Of a stretch of 64,000 nucleotides of DNA, positions 36,546-45,132 are shown piece after piece (positions within the stretch are counted from its first letter, which is position 1; each line of letters starts with the position of its first letter). Position numbers and translations under genes: made by a program. Under the pieces are notes generated by a model. The model did no database searches. It was not told the DNA's origin and was given only the letters and a program-made list of their open reading frames with translations. The DNA comes from an uncultured Acidobacteriota bacterium (GTDB taxonomy: Bacteria > Acidobacteriota > Thermoanaerobaculia > UBA5066), in the NCBI GenBank assembly GCA_963779415.1, contig CAVZYA010000001.1, forward strand, positions 1 to 64,000. Reading direction: 5' to 3'.

Positions 36546-37431
36546 TCTTGGATTCGACATCTCTCGGCCGCTCCCGGTTCTCTACTGACAGGCTGAGGGA
36601 AGCCGGAAGATGTTTGCGGAACGGGTGGCATGCGCGTGCTTCCACGCCGGGATCGACGCCGCGACGCTCGACTTCGGCTTTCCGCCGGCTGATTTCCTCG
36701 CCCCGTTCGATTCGCCGGAGTTCACGCGATTCGTAGTCGCTTCTGGTCGAAAGCTCATCGTCTGCGACTCCGTCGGCTACTTCTTGAACGACAAGGCAGA
36801 CGAGAATAGCGCCTCGGATTGGAAGAGGTACGCGATGAAGCCGCTCCGCGCCATCGGCCGCGAGACGGGGATCTCGTTCCTCCTCGCGCACCACTACGGG
36901 AAGCCGGCGGAGAACCGGACCGGGCGGCACCGTCCCCGTGGGTCATCCGCCATCGGTGCAGACTGCGACACTGTCCTTCGTCTCGAGGCGCCAAACGGAG
37001 AAAAGGTCCGCGAACGGACTCTCTTCTTCGATAAGGTCCGCGACACTGCCGCGCCCCTGACGATGGCCCTGAAGTTCGAACGGGAGGAGGCCCTGTTCCT
37101 CCCGGATGAGTCGGCCGACGTTGCCGACCTCCCTTCTTCGAAGGAGTCCCGGGCGAAGGTGAAGGAGGCCGCCAGGACCGAGGCCGACCGCCGGGCGAAG
37201 GAGGACCTCGCGCTGCTTCTCCGGAAGACGCCGGCTGGCCTCACCGCTGAGGAGATCGTCGAGGCGTTCCACCGGCACAAGACCTGGGTGGCCGATGTCC
37301 TCGGTGAGTTCCACGCCAGGGGGGACATCCGACGCGGGGTCGTCGAGAGGTTGAATGCCCGGGGACAGAAGAGGCCCGTCGGCGTGTGGGTCTGGACGTC
37401 CTCGGTGGTCGCTGAAGGGCGGAGTTCCTGA
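36544..37431 (+). CDS. AAA_25/RepA-like replicative helicase, C-terminal part with HTH tail
   Basis: LGFDISRPLPVLY*QAEG (in-frame TGA 36586-36588), LIVCDS Walker B, LLAHHYGK, RGSSAIGA..D, DKVRD. Confidence 0.75.
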
Positions 37432-37474
37432 CGATGCCAAGTCACACTTTCTCCCCCGGACCCCCCGGCCCGCG

Positions 37475-37564
37475 TGAGAACGCGTCAGGGGCCGCGTTCC
37501 CGCGTGGTCTGGCATGTTCTCGGGAACGAATGAGAACGCGTCAGAACGCGTCAGAACCCGTCAG
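37475..37564. repeat. Iteron-like 10-bp repeats (T[G/C]AGAACGCG)
   Basis: One copy at 37475, tandem copies at 37531/37541/37551, inverted half-sites near 37493 and 37516. Confidence 0.7.
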
Positions 37565-37579
37565 GCGGGAGAGCCGCTG

Positions 37580-37945
37580 ATGGCTATCTCGGTGGTGGGT
37601 GCCAGGCCCGTGACGGACGCCGACCTTTCCCGGGTAGACGAGGCCGTCCGGACCATCGAGGAGGAGGCTTCGCGGCTGCCCGCGGGGGTCCTTCCTTGGA
37701 TTTTCGGCCGCCTCGAGGAAGCGAAGATGCGGCTGCTACCGAGCTTCCTCGCCGCCCAGACCAAGGAACAGCCCCGTCCGAACCGACTCCTTTCTGTAGA
37801 GGAGGCCGCACCAAGACTCGGAATGTCCCTGAGTTACCTCTACAAGCACGCAGACCAGTTGTCGTTCACCGTCAGAGAGGGGGCCCGGCTGAAGTTCTCC
37901 GAAGCTGGACTAGAGGACTACATTCGGAGGAAGAGCGGAAGGTGA
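37580..37945 (+). CDS. Excisionase-like HTH protein
   Basis: LLSVEEAAPRLGMSLSYLY.....G.RLKFS...LE.YI, immediately upstream of the integrase. Confidence 0.8.
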   Translation: MAISVVGARPVTDADLSRVDEAVRTIEEEASRLPAGVLPWIFGRLEEAKMRLLPSFLAAQTKEQPRPNRLLSVEEAAPRLGMSLSYLYKHADQLSFTVREGARLKFSEAGLEDYIRRKSGR

Positions 37946-37956
37946 AGGAGGCTGCG

Positions 37957-39180
37957 ATGCGCGGACAGGGACGGATCTTCAAGCGAACCAGCAAGAACGT
38001 GACTCGGTGGTACATCGCCTACTACGCCCCGCAGGAAGGCCGGGCGGTGCAGGTGAAGGAGGTCGCAGGCGACACCGAAGAAGATGCCCATCGACTCCTT
38101 GAGAAGCGAAGCCGGGAGGTCGCGAATCACCGAGACGGCCTCAGGCGATTCACGGGTCCCAAGGGCGAGCGCGTCACCGTGGCGATTCTGGTGAGCGACC
38201 TGGAGACGAGCTACGAGGCCCGGGGCCTGAAATCGCTTCGGCCCATGCGGTCGCATCTGACGCATCTCGTCGACTACTTCGGTTCGCGCCGGGCGGCCTC
38301 GGTAACGATCTCTACGATCGAGAGGTACGTCGTCTCCCGAAAGGGGGAGGGCGCCGCGCCCGCCACGATCGACCGCGAGACGGAGCTTCTCCGGCGGGCG
38401 TTTACGTTGGGCGTCGAGAACGGAAAGATCGCCTTCGTCCCCCGTATTCCGAGGCTGCTGAAGCTCCACGAGAATGCACGCCGAGGCTTCCTCGACAGGG
38501 AAGCCTTCGAGACGATCCTGAGGGCTATCCTGAATCCTGACTTCCGGGACTACCTCGAGTGGTTCTGGTGGACGGGGATGCGGCCCGGGGAGATCGCCGC
38601 TCTTTCCTGGGCCGACTACGACACGCAGACGAAAACCCTTCGGCTCGCAGCGGCGGACGCCAAGATCGGCGAGGGGCGAGTCGTTCCAGTCGTCGGGCCG
38701 CTCGCCTCAATCATCGAGAGGCGAAGGGCCGCGCGCTCGCTGAAAAGCCCGTTTGTCTTTCACTCGGAAGGCGCGTCGTTCGCGTCGAAAAGGAACGGCC
38801 TTTCTGACCGCTTCTACGCGATGTGGTACCGGGCCTGTGAGAAAGCCGGCCTCCCAGGCGAGAAGACCCCCGACGGCAAGCCGGTCCCGAAGGGCGAGCG
38901 AATCATCCCGTACGACCTCCGGCGGTCGGCCGTGCGGAACCTGCGTGCCGTCGGCGTTCCCGAGCGCGTGGCGATGGAGATAACCGGCCACCGGACCCGC
39001 AGCATGTTCGACCGTTACCGAATCGTTGACGAGCGGGATATCGGCGCCGCGTTTGAAAAACGGGCCCAGTACGAGGCCTCCTTGCCGCCGACTGGGACCC
39101 TCGTTTCCATCGTAAACACGCCCGCAAGCACGCCCGTGGCCGAAGACGGCTCCGGAAAGTCCTTGAGGAGGGCGGGTTAA
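37957..39180 (+). CDS. Tyrosine recombinase/integrase
   Basis: GGAGG RBS, TGMRPGE, K(IGEGR), PYDLRRS, TGHRT..MFDRY. Confidence 0.95.
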   Translation: MRGQGRIFKRTSKNVTRWYIAYYAPQEGRAVQVKEVAGDTEEDAHRLLEKRSREVANHRDGLRRFTGPKGERVTVAILVSDLETSYEARGLKSLRPMRSHLTHLVDYFGSRRAASVTISTIERYVVSRKGEGAAPATIDRETELLRRAFTLGVENGKIAFVPRIPRLLKLHENARRGFLDREAFETILRAILNPDFRDYLEWFWWTGMRPGEIAALSWADYDTQTKTLRLAAADAKIGEGRVVPVVGPLASIIERRRAARSLKSPFVFHSEGASFASKRNGLSDRFYAMWYRACEKAGLPGEKTPDGKPVPKGERIIPYDLRRSAVRNLRAVGVPERVAMEITGHRTRSMFDRYRIVDERDIGAAFEKRAQYEASLPPTGTLVSIVNTPASTPVAEDGSGKSLRRAG

Positions 39181-39195
39181 TCGAAAGGCCGTGTG

Positions 39196-39221
39196 CCTTC
39201 GACTCCCACACGCTTCCGCCA
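39196..39221 (+). repeat. att copy 1: tRNA-Sec-like 3' end CCTTCGACTCCCACACGCTTCCGCCA
   Basis: T-loop TTCGACT, 3' T-stem, long acceptor strand ending CTTCC-GCCA. The 5' tRNA half is absent. Confidence 0.85.
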
Positions 39222-39386
39222 AGTCCTGCTACGGCCTGCCGTAGACGACCGACATATCAGGGGTTTACACGAGGCCGGTTTTCATCCCTCTCCGGATGGA
39301 CCGCGCCCCTGCACTCCCCTGAGACCTTGGGGCCGCCTCAGGGGCCCGGAAAGGCGACGCAGGCGGCGTGAGCCGGACGACGAGGT

Positions 39387-40223
39387 TCAGAAAGACGGCC
39401 AGTGTAGGCCGAGGGCTACTGCCAGGAAGACGGCCATCTGGCCGCGGGTGAGGGGAGCGTTGGGGCAGAAGTTGCCGCCACCGCATCCCGCCGTGATGCC
39501 GGACGCGTAGAGGGCCTCGACGAATTTGAAGAAGGGATGACCGGTCGGCACGTCCGTGAAGGTCGCGACTCCCGGGGCCGGACTCACCTGCAGCTTGTAC
39601 CAGAGGGTCACGCCCCCGAATTTGATGGACTGGTCGTTGTCCGTGTCGGAGAGCTTGACCCGTAGCTGGTAGTAGACCGCCCCGTTGGGTGAGTCCCAGT
39701 CCTTTATGGTCTCGGGGGCCGCGAACGCGAAGTAGACCATCTGCCAGCCCGGCGTTTCCGTTACGCCGCTGAAATACGAGACCAGCGACGTCTGCGTGCC
39801 GGGCGCGTTGCCGGGTAGCGCGTACTTCGACATGAAGAGCCTGAAGTCGTCGGTCGCACTGTTGTCGTAATAGAAGAACGTCACGCCGGACAGAATGGCG
39901 CCGTTCGGCAGCTGAAACGCCGCGTCGTAAAAGGAGCTGCCGGTGTCGTGGAAGATGTAGCCGTCGGTGGTCATCCAGTACTCCGAGCCGGCGTAGCCGT
40001 GGAAATCGAAGCCGGGGATGGCCTTCGAGATCCAGCCCACCGTTCCGTAAGTCTCCGGCGCCGGAGCCGGCGCCGAGATCCCTCGCGCGAAGGGGGAGGA
40101 GGGCGCCTTCACAACGACAGCATTCCCGGCCGGGTCGACCGCCTGCGCCCATCCCGGTCCCGTCACGGCGAGAAGCCCGAAGGTCAATACGGCGAAGATC
40201 GCGCGTTTCGATGAGCTCTTCAT
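39387..40223 (-). CDS. Secreted protein with C-terminal SLH domain
   Basis: Signal peptide, FTDVPTGHPFF.FVEAL..SGITAGCGGGNFCP...LTRGQMAVFL. Confidence 0.88.
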   Translation of the reverse strand: MKSSSKRAIFAVLTFGLLAVTGPGWAQAVDPAGNAVVVKAPSSPFARGISAPAPAPETYGTVGWISKAIPGFDFHGYAGSEYWMTTDGYIFHDTGSSFYDAAFQLPNGAILSGVTFFYYDNSATDDFRLFMSKYALPGNAPGTQTSLVSYFSGVTETPGWQMVYFAFAAPETIKDWDSPNGAVYYQLRVKLSDTDNDQSIKFGGVTLWYKLQVSPAPGVATFTDVPTGHPFFKFVEALYASGITAGCGGGNFCPNAPLTRGQMAVFLAVALGLHWPSF

Positions 40224-40551
40224 GGAGCGCTCCTTTCCTGCTGGTGCCAGCCGGCTGCGGCGATTCTTCCGAGGATCCGCGGAGGCCGCCGATGGCGTTT
40301 GGGTTTCAGGGCCTTCCAAGAGGTCGACATGCCGCCTGCCTCCTCTGGGTCGGAGGAAGCGGCGGGGCGTGCCCCCCGGTGCGTCGACGCTCGTTCCGTC
40401 GGCCCGTCAGGGTCGTGTGGCTGAGAGAAGTCTATTCCTGATCCCGGCCCCGGCATTACAGGAAGGGCCGGGCGGGGCGGAGGCACGTCAGGCCGGCAGG
40501 GAGGGCAGAGACGCCGGACGAGCTCGCAGAAGGTTGATGTCGGCCGGATTA

Positions 40552-40577
40552 CCTTCGACTCCCACACGCTTCCGCCA
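40552..40577 (+). repeat. att copy 2, identical 26-bp direct repeat
   Basis: Exact match to 39196-39221. No intact tRNA upstream. Confidence 0.85.
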
Positions 40578-40711
40578 GCCTCGCAGGTAGTTCCTATTGA
40601 CTATTCCGTGCCCTCGCCCCGCGGAGGTATGCTCTCGCGAGTTCGTGTGATTCCGCCAGCGAGAGTGCGAGCACGCCGGGGGCGTGGGGTTTTGCCGAAA
40701 GGAGCGTTTCG

Positions 40712-42625
40712 ATGAACACCCTCTGGATCGTCGTGATTGCGGCAATCGTCATCTACGGGGCCTACAACTACGCCCGGCGAATCGACCGGAATGTCATCCA
40801 GTCGGATCCGAAGAGGGCCACGCCGGCGAAGATGTACATGGACGGGGTCGACTTCATGCCGACGTCCAAGAACGTCCTCTACGGCTACCACTTCAAGTCG
40901 ATCGCGGCCGCCGGTCCGATCGTCGGTCCGATCACCGCGGCGACCATCTGGGGCTGGTTCCCCTCGCTCCTCTGGCTCGTCGTCGGCGTCGCCCTTGTCG
41001 GCTGGGCCAGCGACTATTCCGCCATCATGGTGGCGGTCCGGAACGACGGGAACAGCCTCTCGGCCATCTCGCACAAGCTGATCGCGCCCCGCACGCGGAA
41101 GATCCTCTTCGTCTTCATCTTCTTCTACCTGATGCTACTCGCCGGCGCCTTCGTCGGCATCCTCGCGGCCATTCTCTCGGCCCGCCCCGACGTCCCCTTC
41201 GGGATCATCATGCTGGCGCTGATGGGGCTCCTGGCGGGACAGATGATGTACCGCTGGAAGATGGACCTGATCCTCGTCACGGTGATCACCGTCGCCGTGA
41301 CGATTCTCGCCATGGCCCTCGGGCCATGGGGCCAGACCAAGAACGAGAAGGGAGCGCTGGTTCAGGGTCCCGTCGGGGCGGCCATCGTTTCGGTGAACTC
41401 GGCCGTCGACGACTTCTCGGGCAAGCAGCCCCTCCTCTCCATCGTCGACCCGACCGGGGCTGACCCGCGCATTCCGCTCCCGGGGCCGGACGGAAAGCGG
41501 CCGACGACAGCCGTCTACGACGCGGCGACCGGACTGGTCAGGACGCTGCCGAACTACCTCCTCTGGATGCTCTTCCTCTTCGTCTTCTCTTACTGCGGCG
41601 CCAACATGCCGATCTGGCGGTTTGCCCAGCCGGTCAACTACATCGGCTTCTGGATCATGCTGATCACGATCGTCCTCTCGGCCGTGGGGATGTTCGTCGC
41701 GCCTCTCACAGGCGTGATGGACTCCGGGGGGAAGGTCATCGGCACCTTCGCCCTCACGGCGGTCAAGGACCTCGGCTTCGCCGCGCCGGCGGCCGGGAAG
41801 GCCTGGCAGCCACTCTGGCCAATGCTTTTCGTGACGATCGCCTGCGGGGCGATCTCCGGCTGGCACGCCCTCGTCGGATCGATCGGCACCGCCCGGCAGC
41901 TCGAGTATGACACCGACGGCCTCCCCGTCGGCGCCGGCTCGATGCTGGGCGAGTACTCTCTCGCGGTCCTATCGCTCACGGCCGTCTCCATCCCCGGCGC
42001 CGGCGGCGGCGGCGGCCGGTTCGCGGCAGGCGTCGGGAAGCTGATCTACGCCGGCACCTTCGGAGCCATCCCCGAGGTCTACGGCACGGCCCTCGGCTTC
42101 GGCGCCTTCGTCATGATCGTCCTGACCGTCACGCAGCTCGTCTTCCGCGTCATGCGCGTGACGCTGGCGGAGTGGCTGGGCGATACGATTCCCCTCTTCA
42201 GGAACATGCACGTCGCCTCGATCATCTCGATGGCGATGACGCTCGCGCTCGTTCTGACCGGGACGTGGGTCTACCTCTGGCAGATGTTCGGCTCCTCGAA
42301 TCAGCTCATGGCGGCGCTCTCGCTCCTCGTCGTCACGGTCTGGCTGAAGTCGGAGAAGCGAAATCCGAGCTACGCCCTCTACCCGATGCTCTTCATGTAC
42401 TTCACGACGCTTTTCGCCACCGTCGTCACCGCGCGAAACCTCTACGTGACGATCGCGTCGAACCCGAAGATGAGCGGGCTGCCGGTGGCGGGGGCGTGGG
42501 CGATGATCATCGTCGCGGCGCTTCTCCTTGTCGCCGCCCTAGTGATCGGCTGGGACGGCCTGAAGGCCTACCAGAAGTACTCGGCGCAGCCGGCGCCGCC
42601 GAAGCCGGCCACGGCGAAGGCGTAA
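40712..42625 (+). CDS. cstA: Carbon starvation CstA family transporter
   Basis: TPA....DGVDFMPT..VLYGYHFKSIAAAGPIVGP, PMLFVTIACGAISGWHALV, WQMFGSSNQLMAAL. Confidence 0.95.
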   Translation: MNTLWIVVIAAIVIYGAYNYARRIDRNVIQSDPKRATPAKMYMDGVDFMPTSKNVLYGYHFKSIAAAGPIVGPITAATIWGWFPSLLWLVVGVALVGWASDYSAIMVAVRNDGNSLSAISHKLIAPRTRKILFVFIFFYLMLLAGAFVGILAAILSARPDVPFGIIMLALMGLLAGQMMYRWKMDLILVTVITVAVTILAMALGPWGQTKNEKGALVQGPVGAAIVSVNSAVDDFSGKQPLLSIVDPTGADPRIPLPGPDGKRPTTAVYDAATGLVRTLPNYLLWMLFLFVFSYCGANMPIWRFAQPVNYIGFWIMLITIVLSAVGMFVAPLTGVMDSGGKVIGTFALTAVKDLGFAAPAAGKAWQPLWPMLFVTIACGAISGWHALVGSIGTARQLEYDTDGLPVGAGSMLGEYSLAVLSLTAVSIPGAGGGGGRFAAGVGKLIYAGTFGAIPEVYGTALGFGAFVMIVLTVTQLVFRVMRVTLAEWLGDTIPLFRNMHVASIISMAMTLALVLTGTWVYLWQMFGSSNQLMAALSLLVVTVWLKSEKRNPSYALYPMLFMYFTTLFATVVTARNLYVTIASNPKMSGLPVAGAWAMIIVAALLLVAALVIGWDGLKAYQKYSAQPAPPKPATAKA

Positions 42626-42657
42626 GGCTCGCGAGACCCGGCGCGGGCCGGGGAGAG

Positions 42658-42698
42658 GTCCGGGAGGCCCTTCACGGGCTTCCCGGACTTTCATCTTT
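42658..42698. terminator. Hairpin terminator between convergent cstA and the next gene
   Basis: GTCCGGGAGGCCC-TTCAC-GGGCTTCCCGGAC followed by TTTCATCTTT. Confidence 0.7.
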
Positions 42699-43331
42699 GC
42701 GAGGCCAGATCGCCCAGCTCCCCGAGGGTCCGGAAGAAGGCGGCGGCGTCGGCGGACGCGGCCGGGAAGGTCGACGTGCAGGGTCAGGTGCGGCTCCTTC
42801 CGGCGGATCGAGAGCCGGCGGAGCGTCGACCCGGAGCCTTCCACGCAGGCGCGCGAGGGCATCCGCCCGCGCAAGAGCGGAGTCGAACTTGTAGAAGGTG
42901 GCGAGGCCGCCGGGCGAGGAGGCCTCGCGGACGGACCATCGCTCGTCCTTCATTCCCCGCAGGGCGTCGCGCCCCGACCAGCTTCTCCGGTCGAGAAGCT
43001 CGACCTCCTCGATCGGCGGGCGCGCGAGACGTCCGCGGACGATCAGGGTGTCGCGGCGCCCGCGCAGGCGCGAGGGAGCCCAGAGCCACGGAAGATCGCG
43101 AGGCGCGAGGAAGATGACGACGTTCGCCTCCTCGAACGGGGCCCGGGCCTGCGCGAGTCCGAGGTCCACGGCCGTGGTCCCGAGCCATCGGACGGTCGCT
43201 TTGTCGCCGAGCCGCTTCAGCCCCCCCTGGAGCCATTTCAGGGCCGCGTTGCCGCGACGGACGTTCGCGCCGCTTCCGATGGCGAACCAGGCCATGACGA
43301 AGACGACGAGGCCGAGCAGCACGTTCGTCAT
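42691..43331 (-). CDS. N-terminally anchored membrane protein, CCDC47/DUF1682-like pattern (two C-terminal indels)
   Basis: TM helix then IG...N.R....W, and L.PR.......S...GRRD. The C-terminus continues LRRLSIRRKEPHL and AAAFFRTLGEL* in other frames. Confidence 0.65.
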
Positions 43332-43425
43332 GGCCGGGTCACCCGGATGACGATAGCAGAGGCGGCCGGCGTGCTAGCGTCCTTCCGGCGACGGAGGTGG
43401 GCTCGTGGACGGGAAAGGGGGGCGG

Positions 43426-43683
43426 ATGAAGGCGGTGCGGGAGTTCCTTTACGGAATGTTCCTGCACGAGCACGTGCAACATGCCGCAGAGATGCGCGCG
43501 AAGCTCGAGAGCCTTTTTCTCCTCGTCACCTTCGGCGACATGGTGGGGCTTCCCGTCCTTCCGCCCTACTACGGCCTCCGCCTCCTCCCGTACACGCTCG
43601 GGGCGTTTCCGGGGTGGAAGCGCCGGCTCCTCCGGGAGCGGCAGTTCGGGGACGACCACGAACACGACCTGCACGGCGTCTGA
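43426..43683 (+). CDS. Small CstA-associated protein, paralog 1 (cory-CC-star-like)
   Basis: EFLYG...LESLFLLVTFGDMVGLPVLPPYYGLRLLPY.....WKRRLLRE. Confidence 0.8.
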   Translation: MKAVREFLYGMFLHEHVQHAAEMRAKLESLFLLVTFGDMVGLPVLPPYYGLRLLPYTLGAFPGWKRRLLRERQFGDDHEHDLHGV

Positions 43684-43786
43684 TCCGTCGGCCCCCCAAA
43701 GTGCGCTAGTCTTCGTGGTGCATTTGCATCGCGGCGTCGCCGCGTAGAGCCCGTAAGCTCAAAAGAGCGTGGAGAAGGAGGACCGG

Positions 43787-44071
43787 ATGGTCGAGAAAAA
43801 GACCGAGCGGCCCGGGGGCCTGAAGGGGTTCTGGGAGGGCTTCAAGGAAACCATCTACGGCATGTCGGCTCACGACATGAGCCGCGCCGCGCTGCGGACG
43901 CGGGCGTCCATGGAGCATCTCTTCATCCTGATCACGATGGGAGACCTCCTCGGGATCCCGATCCTCCCGCCCTACTACAGCCTCCGTCTGCTGCCCCACG
44001 TGGTTCCCCAGATCGCGACGTGGAAGCGCCGGATGCTCCGCGAAAAGGACGTCTCGGACGCGATGTTCTAA
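43787..44071 (+). CDS. Small CstA-associated protein, paralog 2
   Basis: ETIYG...MEHLFILITMGDLLGIPILPPYYSLRLLPH.....WKRRMLRE, AGGAGG RBS. Confidence 0.85.
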   Translation: MVEKKTERPGGLKGFWEGFKETIYGMSAHDMSRAALRTRASMEHLFILITMGDLLGIPILPPYYSLRLLPHVVPQIATWKRRMLREKDVSDAMF

Positions 44072-44117
44072 AGGCCGGTCCGTTCGTCCGCCCGCCGGTG
44101 AGCAAGGAGGAGTCACG

Positions 44118-45104
44118 ATGGGGATGAAGGAAGTTTTCCAGAAGAGCCCGAACCGCCGGTACATCATGTTCGGCGGCAAGGGGGGGCTCGGAAAGACGAC
44201 GTTTTCGGCCGCCACGGCCTGGTGGCTCGCGTCGCAGGGGAAGAAAGTCCTCGTCTTCTCCGTCGACCCGCAGGCCTCCCTCACCGACATCTTCCAGAAG
44301 GACATCTTCGGGAAGGGGCCGGTGAAGATCATGGAGAACCTCTGGGCGCAGGAGATCGACGCCGACAGCCACATCAAGGCCTACCAGGACGAGATCAGGA
44401 AAAAGATCCGCGACATGTACGGCCTTCCGGCCGTTCCGGAGGAGATCGAGAGCTACATCCAGGCGGCGAGCGCCGAGCCGGCCATGGAGGAGAGCGCGAT
44501 CTTCGACGCGGTCGTCGACGTCGTCGTCCAGGGGGACTACGACTACTACATCTACGACCTCGTCCCGCTCGGGCACGCGCTCTACTACCTCTCGATGGCG
44601 AAGGTCTACGACGAGTGGATCAACAAGGTGACGAAGCTCCGCGAGGAGATGCGCGAGTACGAGCAGATGGTCAGCCGCCTGAAGCGGGAGAAGGAGACGG
44701 AGCAGGACGCGATCCTGAAGGAGCTGATCTACATCAAGGGGCGGATCAACGCATCGTCCTCGATCCTGACCGACAAGGAGAAGACGGCCTTCTTCTTCGT
44801 CGTGACCCCCGAGGACATGATCATCGTCGACACGGAGAAGGCCGCGAAGCTCTTCGCCCAGTTCGACGTTCCGATCGGCGGCTACGTCGTCAACCGGGTC
44901 ATCCCGCACGAGCTGATCGACCAGAACATCCCCGACTACCTCCGCAACCGGATCCAGATGCAGGACAAGTACATCGGGAACATCAAGACGACGTTCGGCA
45001 AGGACGTCCTCGCATACGTCCCCGAGCTGGAGCGCGACGTGACGGGCCTCGGGATGATCGAGAAGCTCGCGAAGATCATGTACGGCGACGGGAAGCTCGG
45101 CTAA
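44118..45104 (+). CDS. ArsA/Get3 (TRC40) family ATPase A
   Basis: GGKGGLGKTT, SVDPQASL, EID, DLVPLGH, VVNRV. Confidence 0.92.
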   Translation: MGMKEVFQKSPNRRYIMFGGKGGLGKTTFSAATAWWLASQGKKVLVFSVDPQASLTDIFQKDIFGKGPVKIMENLWAQEIDADSHIKAYQDEIRKKIRDMYGLPAVPEEIESYIQAASAEPAMEESAIFDAVVDVVVQGDYDYYIYDLVPLGHALYYLSMAKVYDEWINKVTKLREEMREYEQMVSRLKREKETEQDAILKELIYIKGRINASSSILTDKEKTAFFFVVTPEDMIIVDTEKAAKLFAQFDVPIGGYVVNRVIPHELIDQNIPDYLRNRIQMQDKYIGNIKTTFGKDVLAYVPELERDVTGLGMIEKLAKIMYGDGKLG

Positions 45105-45132
45105 AAGAGCGGCGGACGAGGAGGAGACGGCC

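Larger units (their letters stand above)
36544..39221 (+). mobile_element. Right end of an integrative element (satellite/prophage-like) inserted at a tRNA-Sec-type site
   Basis: Helicase, repeats, xis and int, followed 15 bp later by a tRNA 3' fragment. Confidence 0.8.

Noticed and set aside
40460-40577. Intact tRNA gene
   Set aside because: Only the 3' 24-26 nt are present. No matching 5' acceptor strand, D-arm or anticodon arm.
40597-40633. TTGACT/TATGCT promoter for cstA
   Set aside because: The spacing is about 25 bp, too long for sigma70.
43681-43726. UGA followed by a SECIS-like hairpin (GU-starting loop ~25 nt downstream) after small paralog 1
   Set aside because: Readthrough gives a long out-of-frame tail overlapping the next gene, there is no Cys/Sec motif context, and paralog 2 ends at a similar position with TAA.
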